A stretch of 58,028 nt of DNA, counting the filler, from Circinaria calcarea (lineage: Eukaryota): the NCBI GenBank assembly GCA_051942165.1. It is 5 parts of 5 records of this genome, joined end to end, with 100 filler letters (N's around TTAATTAATTAA, not from the genome) between each part and the next. Parts side by side here need not be neighbours in the genome. Positions count along the whole stretch, not along the records: positions 46,509 to 58,028 come from JAVECS010000677.1; 4 more parts are not named here. The stretch is one strand, 5' to 3'. Position numbers and translations under genes: made by a program. A model generated the notes under the pieces. The model was not told where the DNA came from. It saw only the letters and a program-made list of their open reading frames with translations, and made no database searches. Positions 46,509 through 58,028 of the stretch are shown piece after piece; position 1 is the stretch's first letter, and each line of letters begins with the position of its first letter.

Positions 46509-47164
46509 CCAATCTGCAAAGGCTCCACGATATGCAGGAGGAGTTCCGCGGTATGTCCCGATAGTAAAAAGCCGCTACCAGTCTGTGCGGCATGATTGAT
46601 ATCCCAGGCTAGATACACAGTAGACAGCGACGTGGCGACATAAGGTAGAAGACCGGCCATGCCGATGTAAAGCGCTTCGCGAGGAACGTCTGTAAGGGCG
46701 AAGGTTTCTTTGATGGCTTTCTGCAGGCGCATCGGTAATTAACGCATGCACAGCAGAATTGCTAATGCGGTCTTTCTTCGTACCAAGTCCGACTTTACCC
46801 CCGCCAACATATCGATATCTCTTTCTTGGTCCTCAACCCCTTCCTCCCGCATTACGTGCCTAACCGTCGAATCGACAGACACCGCTTCTGGATGCGGCTC
46901 AATGTGCATCTTGGCGACACCCTCCTCCTTCCTCTTGTCGATGTGGTCATAGGGAGAAGTAGTTGAAGCATAACGCTGCAAGACTCTGCTAACTGGTTTG
47001 AAAGGCGTGAGCGCAGTCGGCGGAACTCTTCGAGTGCATGATACAGATGTACCAGAGCGACTTCGGACGTATAGCAGGGCGTTGTTAACCTCAGGGCGGA
47101 CAGTTGGACCTGTCAAGTTAACAAGGGACTTGGTGAGGGAGCGCGCCGCTCTGCTCGGCAACAT
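46509..47164 (-). CDS. DUF3429/TMEM69-like mitochondrial inner membrane protein, 5' part; 3' end cut off
   Basis: An Arg/Ser-rich presequence (MLPSRAARSLTK..), then DMLAGVKSDL, an intron, and KAIKETFALTDVPREALYIGMAGLLPYVATSLSTVYLAW..EPLQI. Confidence 0.7.
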
Positions 47165-47841
47165 CGTGTCAATTGAGATCTATCGGAAGCTCCAGCCACC
47201 GTGCAGATTCGGAGTGTAGCTCCGGCTCCCTCGACAATGCCCTCTAAATGATAATGAGAGGTCAATTACCTAGATCACGATAAGGCCCGCATTCAGTTGT
47301 TAAATGGAGCAGTAGAGGTTGGCTCAGCAAAGCTTCAGTTTACGGAGTAGTACCGGAGGCGCTAGCAGGACCCCAACGTCATACTGCGTTTAGTTCAAGT
47401 TTGACAGACTCCAGAAACCCCAGTCCAGAGGTACGGTAGCCGTTGTCACTATAAAAACCATAACTGAATAAACATAGACCGAAATCTCTTGCTCTTACTT
47501 TACCTAGAGATACCCGCAGTAAATCTCTTAAACGTATCAGACATGCCACTTTCAGTTCTCTGTACAAACCCATCATTCGCGAAACGCCCCACACAAACAT
47601 CGATCATCGAAGCAACGCGTTGTATCTAACGTTCATACCACAACTATCCTCCAATACACCTCTCACTGTCGCAAGAATACACCAGCCTGTGCTACTCGTA
47701 GCCCGTGCCAGAGACACTATCAGTACGATGTGGACGGCTAGATGAACATCCCAGCCTGTACCAGTTAACCCGAGTCCTACAACTATACAACCTACCAGAA
47801 CGAGGTAATCCCTGCCCGGGTTACGGCATCCATCGGCCACG

Positions 47842-50800
47842 ATGCTTGAAGGCCTCGTGGCAACGTTGCTAAACCGCTTCCTCGGCATGTATGTTAAGAA
47901 TTTTGATGCCAAACAACTCCAAGTGGGAATTTGGAGCGGGGAAGTGAAGCTCAAAGATCTGGAGCTACGGCGGGAAGCTCTAGACCAGCTCAAACTCCCT
48001 GTGAACGTCGTTGAAGGGCACCTGGGTCAGCTAACGCTCACCATACCTCTGTCGAATCTGAGAGGCTCGCCGGTCAAGGTTAACATTGAGGATGTTTTCT
48101 TATTGGCTGCCCCGAAAGAGGACGCTGCCTATGATGAGGAGGAAGAGAGAAAGCGAGCTCAAGCGGTGAAGATGGAAAAGTTGGAGAATGCTGAGTTGTT
48201 GAAAGAACGGAACTCTGAAGCTTTGAGCCAAGAGGAGCAGCAGAAAAACCAGAGCTTTACCGATAGTCTCGTGACGGCTATCGTCGACAATCTACAAGTG
48301 GTCATCAAGAATATTCACCTTAGATACGAAGACTCGATAGCTGCTCCTGGTCACCCATTCGCTATAGGCTTGACTCTAAAGGAGCTAAGTGCCGTCAGTA
48401 CCGACGAGAAATGGACGCCAACTTTTATCAAGGCTACTTCGGGAACCACCCATAAACTAGCAACCCTCGGTTCGTTAGCATTCTACTGGAATACCGATGC
48501 TACATTGTATGGTACTGGTAAGGGCACAGAATTTGGAGCGGAAGCGCAAAAGACCCGTCGTGGCCAACTCATGGACAAGTTTAGGCAAGCGATTGAAACG
48601 GAAGACAACAATCAATACATGTTGAAACCAATCAGTGGGCGAGCAGCAGTTGAAATGGACAAGACGGGGAAGCCTGACAGGCCGAAAATCAAAGCTCGAT
48701 TGATATTTGGTGAACTGGGATTCGTCTTAGACGACGATCAGTACAGAGATGCCTTAATGATGGTGGATCTCTTTCACTACTTCATCCGCCACCAGGAACA
48801 CAAGAAGTACCGGCCGAATAGCGCGCCAAAGGAAGACCCCAAGGCTTGGATCAGATTCGCAGGCGAGGCAGTTCTGCGCAGGATACATGAGCGGAACCGG
48901 CGGTGGACATGGGACTTCATGAAGGAAAGACGAGACGACCGCAACCGATACATTGAGCTTTTCAAGAAGAAGAAGAAAGGGGAAAAACTAACAGCCCCTG
49001 AGAACGAAGACATGACGAAGTTAGAAGAGAAGCTCAGCTATGAAGACCTTCGGTTCTGGCGCTCTCTGGCTCGAAGTCAACTGCGTAAAGAGAACGTTGG
49101 GGTTAAGAAGCCGGCGCCGAAACAGTCCTGGACCTCTTGGGCTTGGGGAGGAGGTAAGAAGAAAGAAGAGCAGCCACACGGAGAGGAGGAGGAAACGACT
49201 ATGACCGATGAACAGCGCAAGGAGCTTTATGATGCCATCGATTGGGATGAAAAGAAAGCAATTGCCGAGAGTCTTGATCTCCCACGCGAGTCCGTAAAAC
49301 TCCAGATCGAGTCGTCACTGCGTACCGGGAGCTTTACTCTAAAGCGCGATCCTAATGGGAAGGCTAATGAGATATTGAGCTTGGTGTTTGATAACTTTCA
49401 TGCTAAGGCTCTACAGCGACCTGACTCTTTCCTCGCCGATCTGAGTCTCGGCGGCTTACGAGTTTACGACGGTACAACTGAAGGCAGTCTCTTCCCTCAA
49501 ATTGTGAATGTCAAAGATGCTTCGTCTATGTCGGTGATAGAAAGTATCGAAGACCTTGACAAGGAGGGCACGTCTCCTAATGGGGAAGGGTCTTCGAAAA
49601 TGTCAAAAGATGACCCACTGTTTCACTTGGTGGTGGAGCAAAATCCCTTGGATGAAAGTGCAGATTCGTCATTGGTTTTAAGATTGAAGAGTATTGAGGT
49701 GATTTACAACCCCCAGTTCGTAGTTGAGGTTGCCAAGTTCTTCAGGCCTCCGGAACGTCATATGGAATCGATAGGGGCATTGATGGAGACGGCGGGGGCT
49801 ACAGTGGAGGGGATTAGACAACAGACCAGAGCTGGGCTTGAGTTTGCTCTGGAAGAGCATAAGACTCTTAATGCCCAGCTTGATATTCAGGCACCGTTGA
49901 TTATCATTCCCGAGAGCATTACACGGGAGAGCACATTGTGTTTAATTCTAGACGCTGGTCATGTCAGTCTAAACAGCGAGCTTGTGGATAAGGACACAAT
50001 GAAAGACATACAATCCAAGCAGAAATCGAAGTACAGCGAGGAAGACTTCAAACAGCTCGAAGGTCTTATGTATGATAAGTTCTTATTAAAACTCAGTTCA
50101 ACGCAGGTTCTCATAGGTCCGGGCATCGATGCAACAAAGGAGCAGCTAGTACGCAAAGATGAGGCCAAGAATTTCCATATCATCGACAGGATCAACATGG
50201 ATTTTGTCTTAGAGACATCGATCATACCAAAGGCTACTGATCTTACAAAGACACGTATTTCTGGGCATCTCCCAGTTTTACATGCATCCATTTCCGATAA
50301 GAAGTATAAGGACTTGATGAAACTTATTGACGTTGCTATCCCGAGATTTGAAGACGACGACTCACAAGACGCAGAGACGAAGAAGACCGTAACCGCTCCG
50401 AAGGGTCGAGAGGTTGAAAACCCCTCCGCCGATGCTAAAAGCAAATCAGAGAGCAGACCTCGCTCAAAATCTTTCCAGATACAGGCTCCGCAAGACGACC
50501 TCGTACTCGATGAAGACGCCGAGGACGATACGCAAAAGCAAGTCTCATCTCCAAGTCAGCGTAGCAAAGACGTGGACATCAACCTCCACCAGCGCAATTT
50601 TGAGTTCAAGTTCACAGTTGATAAGCTTCAGGGGTCTTTGTATCGGGCTGAAGCGGACGACAGCAAACCTGACCAGCTGCTGGTGGAGCTCGTTGCTGAG
50701 CATTTCCATCTTGACTTCTACCTCCGCCCGTATGATATGGTTGCAGAGGTACTACTCAAGACTCTAAATGTTGAAGACTATATTGAGAAGGATCCGAGTC

Positions 50801-53800
50801 CCGAATTCAAGAAGATTGTCTCCAGCGAAGGTACCAACGCCGAGAAGGGCAAGGATCTTTTCAACCTCAAGTTCGTCAAAGTCAACAAAGAGTCACCAGA
50901 GTTTGTATCGACATATGAAGGGATCGTGACCAATCTTGACGTCTCTATATCGACCCTTGATTTTGTTGTGACACGAAAGACTCTATTGACGCTTCTGGAT
51001 TTTGTTCTTGACACCTTTGCTACTCCTGATGGATCTGGGTCGCAAAAAGCTGTTGAACAAGGAGACAAGTCCGGAGATAAGGCCGATGAAAGTCCTCCCA
51101 CATCTAATGCCGATGAACCCGATAAAATCCGCATTAAGGTTGACTTGCATGGTATCGCTCTTATTCTTAACAACGATGGTATAAGGCTCGCTACCCTTAG
51201 CTTAAAAACGGCCGACGTCGGTATATTGCTGGCAGGTGGTACGATGCGGATTGGTGCTCGGTTGGGAAGCCTGTCACTTCTTGACGATATCAATCAGGGT
51301 GCCAGTGCAGAGTCCCCACTCCGGCAACTGATCACTATTCAGGGAGATGAGCTAGCGGATTTTCGGTATCAGACTTTTGATGCAAAGGAGGACTCGTACC
51401 CGGGATACGATTCAAAGATTTTCCTGAGATCGGGCTCGATAAAGGTAAACTTTCTTGAGGAGCCTTTTCGCAAAATCATCGATTTCCTTGTCAAATTCGG
51501 GAAAATGCAGGCTATATTCAATGCCGCTCGACAGGCTGCTGCGAACCAAGCCAGTCAGATTCAAGAGAATGCGAGCAAAATGCATTTCGATATTCTTATC
51601 AAGACGCCAATCCTTGTGTTCCCCAGGGCCATGGTTCCCGACAAGCAGCGGGATCTGATAACAGCCTATTTAGGCGAGATTTATGCCAGCAATGAGTTCG
51701 TGCAGCTGGATGATTCGAGTGATTCTGCTTTCGCCAACAAAATCTCCACTGGGGTTAGGAACATTCACCTGACGTCTGACTTCCACTACGATGATGATCA
51801 ATCAGAAGAGCTCGAAATGATTGACAAGGTAGATCTTGACTTCAAGGTCACCTATCTCGAGCATCAATACAACTCCCAGCGGCCAGACCTTGAGATTGAA
51901 GGGATCATGTCACCCATCAATCTGCGGATTGCTCAAACTCAACTCAAGTTTCTCCTAGAGCTGTCTAAGACGGTACCAAGTGCTTTCGCTACAGACCCTG
52001 ATGAAGTTGATGAAGAGCTTTTAGATGACCTGCCAAAGGAGACTATCGATTCGGCGCAAGAAGTTTCCGACGTTGATACTAATAAAGAGGCGTCCCCGAG
52101 CGGCCCATCGCATCAAGGTCCCGAATTAGGGTCAAGCCCTGAAACCTGGACGAAGCTTGACATGGTTTTCAAAGCCAAGACCATAGGACTGGAGTTGATC
52201 CTTGCTAAGGAAGATAGGCCAGTGGGCGATGTTGAGGCTGCCAGCCTATCCAAATTCTCCATCAACGATACAGACGTCAAGCTTCGTATGATGAGTGATG
52301 GCGCCCTCGAGTCTGAGCTCCTCGTCCATTCCTTCACAATTAAGGACAGTCGTGCAAAGGAGATCAACAAGTTCCGGAAAATAATGTCGTTGATCAACGA
52401 CGACGTCAAGCAGCAATTTATGGCTAGCATGTCAATATCTGGGGGCGAAGATAGGCATCTCATTGCCATGGTCACTGTTGATAGTCCTCGGATTATCGTT
52501 GCCATGGATTACGTATTTGCATTACAGGCATTTGCGAATACAGCATTCGCGACGGACGAACCTCTCCAAGTGGAGGACGGCCTACAAGAAGATACTACAT
52601 GGCCTGCGGAACCTGATACCGCATTGGGTGTCCCTAATAGTGTAAATGCTCCAGGATCACCGCAAGCTACCATGGTTGAGGTTGGCAATGGCAATAAAGG
52701 CATGAGCACATCCTTCCGTGTCAACGTAGAAGATGCGCAGGTTATACTCATAGCTAATCCAACAATTGCCAACTCCGAGGCTATAGTGCTTGGAACGAAG
52801 CAAGTCCTTTTATCACAGCAGAATGCCACCACCCTCCAAGTCACCAAGATTGGCATGTTCCTGTGCCGTATGGACAAATTTGATACCAGCCGACTGAGGC
52901 TCCTCGACGACTTCACAATACAGATGTCCATGGAGAGTCGACCCCAAGGCAAGAATTCTTCCTTGACCAATATTCATATAGACATCGAACCACTTGTTCT
53001 TCGACTCTCGCTGCGCGACATTCTCCTTGTACTACAGATAGTGAATAAAGCATCTGAGTCGACAACCAAAGGGAATGATGGCGAACGTGAAGATATCGAA
53101 CCACAGAAAATCAAGGATATTAAGGCCTCTACTAGCCAGTCTACAGAGCGCAAGACTATTGTTGGAAAACCTATATCGACCGTGGGTAAAAAAACAAATA
53201 AGTCTATCGCAGCCAGCAAACGGCGAGCATCCGCCTCGAAACCCAAGCCACATGGGGCGATTGTGATGAAACGCGAAGAATTGGTTGCTGAGCTTCAAGG
53301 CATTCGAGTCATCTTAATAGGAGATTTGCATGAGCTGCCACTGATTGATTGGAGCGTAAAGAAATTCAATGTAGATGTCCGCGACTGGTCAGGACCTATG
53401 GTTGGAGACACAAGCTTTGACACGTATATAAACGTTTACAACTTCTCCAAATCTGCGTGGGAGCCTCTGATTGAGCCCTGGCAGCTAGGGTTTCATCTGG
53501 CTAACGAACAACATCCAGACCGCCTGGCTGTTGAAATATACTCTCACAAGACGATGGAGCTTACAATAACCTCCGCTACAATAGCTTTAGCATCAAAATC
53601 GGCTCAATTCTTATCAACCGATGAAGATGTTCTTTCGAAGCCAAGAGGCTCAGATGCTCCTTACAAGATCCGGAATTATACTGGGTTTGATCTTAACGTT
53701 TGGGCCGCTACCCGTGAGGAAGATCAAGGATCTGCCGCTAAGTTGAGTGACGGCGAAGAATCTCCATGGCGATTCGAAGATGCTACAACGATGCGAGAGA

Positions 53801-56800
53801 GCTTATCTCCAGAAGGAAACTCCGGCATAGTGGGAGTTAAACTAGAAGGTAGTGGGTTTGATAGCATCGAGAACATTCCAGTGAACCGTGAGGGCGAAAC
53901 ACTCTACAATCTCAAGCCACGCAAGGACAAGGTCTTACACCGATTACTTGTCGAGGTAAAGCTGGCGCCAGACAATGTCAAATACATAACGTTCCGTTCG
54001 CCACTCCTAGTTGAGAATCATACTCAAATACCTATCGAGATTGGAGTCTTCAGTCCGGAAGAGGGTCACCTTCTTAAAATCGAGAAAGTGCCTCCAGGTG
54101 AAGGGCGACCGGCTCCTGTTGGCGCTGCTTTCATGCATTCGTTGGTCGTGCGTCCAGATCAAGGATTTGGCTACACATGGTCAAACGAGCGACTATTCTG
54201 GAAAGACCTCTTGAAAAGGTCAACAAGAACAATTACTTGTAAGGGCGAGACTGACGAGTCCTCTCCCCCGTTCCACTTCCAAATGAATGCATCATACAAC
54301 AAGAATGATCCAATGACTAGGTAAAGAATACTCTTCTCATTACTTATTTGTGCAAACACTGAATGTATCTAGCGTATATCCCTACATGCGAATTCGACTC
54401 TCTGCCCCGATAGAATTGCAAAATTTGTTGCCCTACGACTTCAAGTATCGCATTTACGACAAGAACACAAAGAAAGATTGGACCAACTACTTGAGGAAGG
54501 GTGGTGTAAGCCCAGTGCATGTTGTTGAGTTGTCTCATCTCCTGCTCCTGAGTATCGACATGGAGGATACCGTTTTCAAACAAAGCGAGTTTGCTATAAT
54601 CAACTCAAACACTCAGGAGGACTTTCGCAGAGAATCCATCCTGCCAGTGAAAGATGACCAAGGCATCCAACTCAACCTGAAGCTGCACTATTTGTATGTA
54701 TCCATCCACAATGTGGAAAGCTGCGCTAACGTAGTGAAGCAATATCCCGGATAGCGGTGGCGCTTTCAAGGTTGCCGTCTATAGCCCCTATTTGATCCTA
54801 AACAAGACCGGCCTAGATATTAACATCCAGAGCAAGTCATTATTCTCTTCAGCAAAGTCCGCGGCTGGTCAGGGTCTGAGAACAGAGTCATCAAGTGGCT
54901 CACAGAAGTTCTTACCCTACATGTTTTCGTATCCGAGCGATGATAGAAAGAATCGAGCCATGTTGAAAGTCGGTGAATCTACCTGGAGCAAAGCTCAGAG
55001 TTTCGACGCCATAGGTAGTTCGTTTGATGCTGTTTTACCGTCCACCGATGGAAAATCAGAGATGATTGTTGGTATATCTGTGGCCGAAGGCGAGGGAAAA
55101 TACAAACTGACAAAGGTCGTCACCGTTGCTCCTCGATTTATCCTTAAGAACAAGATTCCTGAGGCCATCCATGTTCGGGAACCAGGTTCGTCCAACGTAT
55201 TAACTATCGAACCTGGGAAGCTATTACCTCTTCACTTCCTTCGACATGGACCTGAAAAGCAATTGAGCCTATGCTTTTCTGGTGTCAACAACCAGTGGTC
55301 TTCGCCTTTCAACATTTCGAATGTTGGAACAGTACACGTCAAGCTCATGAAAGCAGGACAGCGTCAAAAACTGATTCGTATTGAGGTAATCATGGAAGCT
55401 GCTACAATATTTCTTCACCTAAGCATTGAAACGAAGCATTGGCCATTCTCTATGCGGAATGAAAGCGACACAGAATTCATGTTCCACCAGACAAACCCCA
55501 ACGTTGCTGAAGATGAAGAAGACAGAGGGTCTGGCTGGAAACCTATCCGCTATCGACTGCCGCCGCGTAGTATCATGCCATACGCTTGGGATTTTCCCGC
55601 TGCGAAGCACAAGGAGCTCGTCATTACAGCAAATGGCAAAGAGCGTCATGTAAAACTTGCCGAGATTGGAAACCTGATACCTATGAAGATACCCGCTGCA
55701 AAAGGTTCGAGCCAAACAAAGACCATAGATTTGAATATCGCAGCAGAGGGGCCAACGCAGACGCTGGTTCTTTCGAATTACAAGCAGTCAAAGAGTTTGT
55801 ACAAGCAAAAGAGTGCAACAGCCTCCCAAAGCAGTGTTGCAACCGGCTTCGAGGTTAAGGAGGTAGACAGCGATGTCACTTTTAAAGCCCAGCTTCGACT
55901 TGCTGGTATTGGGTTATCCTTGGTCAACAAGCAACTGAAGGAACTTCTTTATCTCACTCTGCGGGAGCTAGAATTCAAGTACAACGATTCCAAGCTCTAT
56001 CAGACATTCCAGGCCACTATAAAGTGGATTCAAATAGACAATCAGCTCTACGGAGGTATCTTTCCGATATTGCTATACCCAAGTGTGGTGCCGAAAACAG
56101 GCAAGGAGATGGAAGCACATCCAATCTTCCATGCTATGGTTACCCGTGTCAAGGACGACTCGTACGGCGTTCTCTACATTAAATACGCTACCCTCCTGTT
56201 ACAACAGATGACTATCGAACTTGACGAAGACTTTATATTTGCCATGCTAGATTTCACAAAGGTTCCCGGTGCGTCATGGTCCGAAGAGGTGGAAGGGAAG
56301 CTATGTGATGAAGACCTTGATATACCGGAGCCGAAACAGGAAGAACAGGGACAGGATGTCTACTTTGAGCTCCTTCACTTACAGCCCATGCAGTTAGACT
56401 TGTCTTTTGTACGCACAGAACGGATCAATGCCGAAGACACGATGCAATCCGGGAACCCCTTGATGTTCTTTGTCAACATAATGACCATGTCGATTGGTAA
56501 TGTCAACGATGCGCCTTTGCGATTCAACGCCCTGATGCTGGAGAATGCCCGGATCTCGATACCAGCCTTGATTGCCAACATCCAGAGCCATTACACGCAG
56601 GAGTGTCTTAGACAGATACATATCGTTCTCGGCTCTGCAGACTTCCTTGGTAACCCTGTAGGCTTGTTCAACAACGTTAGTTCCGGTGTTGCGGACATCT
56701 TCTATGAGCCCTACCAAGGCCTAGTCATGACAGATAGGCCACAGGAGCTTGGTATTGGTATTGCAAAAGGTGCATCCAGCTTTGTCAAGAAATCCGTCTT

Positions 56801-57627
56801 TGGCTTTTCAGATAGTATGGCCAAGTTTACTGGAAGTATGTCAAAGGGTCTAGCAGCTGCAACCTTGGACAAGGAATACCAAGACCAGAGACGGATGTCC
56901 AAGTCGAGAAATCGGCCGAAGCATGCACTCTATGGGGTGACATCAGGAGGAAATGCTTTTGCTTCGAGCATGGCAAGCGGGATCGGTGGACTAGCGCGGC
57001 ATCCGCTTGAGGGTGCGGAAAAGGAAGGGTTACAAGGCTTCGTCAAGGGAGTGGGAAAGGGGTTCTTGGGTTTAGCCACCAAGCCTGCCATTGGAGCTTT
57101 CGATCTTGCATCCAGTGAGCTCACTCTCCTTTTCCTCTGAGCGCAAAGGCGATACTAATGGAGAATCAGACGTCGCCGAGGGTGTCCGCAACACCACCAC
57201 CGTCTTCGACCAAGAAGGCCTCGACCGCGTCCGCCTCACACGTTTCATTGGCATGGACGGCATCGTGCGACCCTACTCCCAACGCGAGGCGCTCGGTCAA
57301 TTCTGGCTCAAGACGCTCGACGACGGCAAATACTTCCACGAGGATTACATTGCCCACCTCGAGCTGCCAGGCAAGGACATGATCGTCATGCTGACATACA
57401 ACCGCATCATGCTGGTACGGGCCAAGAAGCTGAAGGTCGAGTGGGACATCAAGTTGAACGACATCCAAACCATATCCAAGGAGCGCACCGGCATGACGAT
57501 CACGCTCAAGGGCGGGACGAACGGTCCGTTTGTGCCCGTGCAGGAGCAGAGTTCGCGCGATTGGCTGTATCGGCAGATTGGGGTTGCGGTCAGGCATTTT
57601 AACGAGAGGTATAATGCCAAGGGGTAA
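47842..57627 (+). CDS. VPS13: Vacuolar protein sorting-associated protein 13 (bridge-like lipid transfer protein), ~3200 aa, 4 exons
   Basis: Chorein-N start MLEGLVATLLNRFLGMYVKNFD..LQVGIWSG.V.L.DLEL; IVDNLQV.IKNIHLRYED; SAWEPLIEPW; WIQIDNQL; LGSADFLGNPVGLF; GFVKGVGKG. Introns at 54321-54372, 54694-54739 and 57115-57169. Confidence 0.98.
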
Positions 57628-58028
57628 GCTGTGAGTAACCGGAGGGTGGTACGGTAATATTTGTATGAACAAGGCTTTTGCGCACATGTTTCTGTTCGAG
57701 TTGTTTAATGTCGCTTTTTAGGAGTCTGTAAATATGAAGGCATGCTAGATTTCGCGGTCCTTTTTGCTATTTAAGATGGCTATTCTTCTCCTTTTGTCCC
57801 GTGCATTTTTTAAAAAGTGCACACCAGATCGAATCGAATTCGAATGAAACTCTAGGCTCTATGGCCCCTTGATCACTCATACAGTAGCCATTATTCTAAA
57901 TACAGTGGCAATCCATCTTTGCTATCCCCTTTCCCCCACCACCCCCTCATCTCCCTCTGCGGCGCGGTTGTCACTCCAGCAGTAGGCCCGTATATAATGT
58001 ACTCGAGGCTTTTTTTCTTTTTTTTTTT

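Noticed and set aside
57166..57687. 173-aa antisense ORF, and similar antisense ORFs over VPS13, the NLRs and the kinase
   Set aside because: These are shadow ORFs caused by codon bias in the real sense-strand genes.

Overview
This is eukaryotic DNA from a filamentous ascomycete (GT-AG introns with CTAAC/CTGAC branch sites), and it is not one locus. Five contigs sorted by length (1-11530, 11631-23157, 23258-34783, 34884-46408, 46509-58028) are joined by artificial N44-TTAATTAATTAA-N44 linkers, so no linkage can be inferred across the joins. Contig 1 holds the 3' end of a serine carboxypeptidase, a 3-exon hydrophilic stress-type gene, two diverged copies of an unrecognised two-repeat Myb/HTH-like gene around a mutated AT-rich tract, and the 3' end of a Pro/Ser-rich gene. 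Contig 2 holds a fructosamine-kinase-family gene, a lipase-NACHT-WD40 NLR and a DHA1 MFS transporter with an eroded 5' end. Contig 3 holds an apparently duplicated divergent two-gene cassette on either side of tRNA-Gly(TCC), plus a 7-exon SNU13 that the ORF track misses. Contig 4 holds the 3' part of an ankyrin NLR, a decaying P450 / methyltransferase / PTH11-like cluster and an RTC4-like gene. Contig 5 holds a DUF3429-like gene and VPS13. The most interesting unexplained signals are the double-HTH paralog pair, a ~115-nt hairpin-forming element shared by contigs 1 and 4, and the duplicated cassette on contig 3. All family assignments come from recognising motifs by eye; no searches were run.
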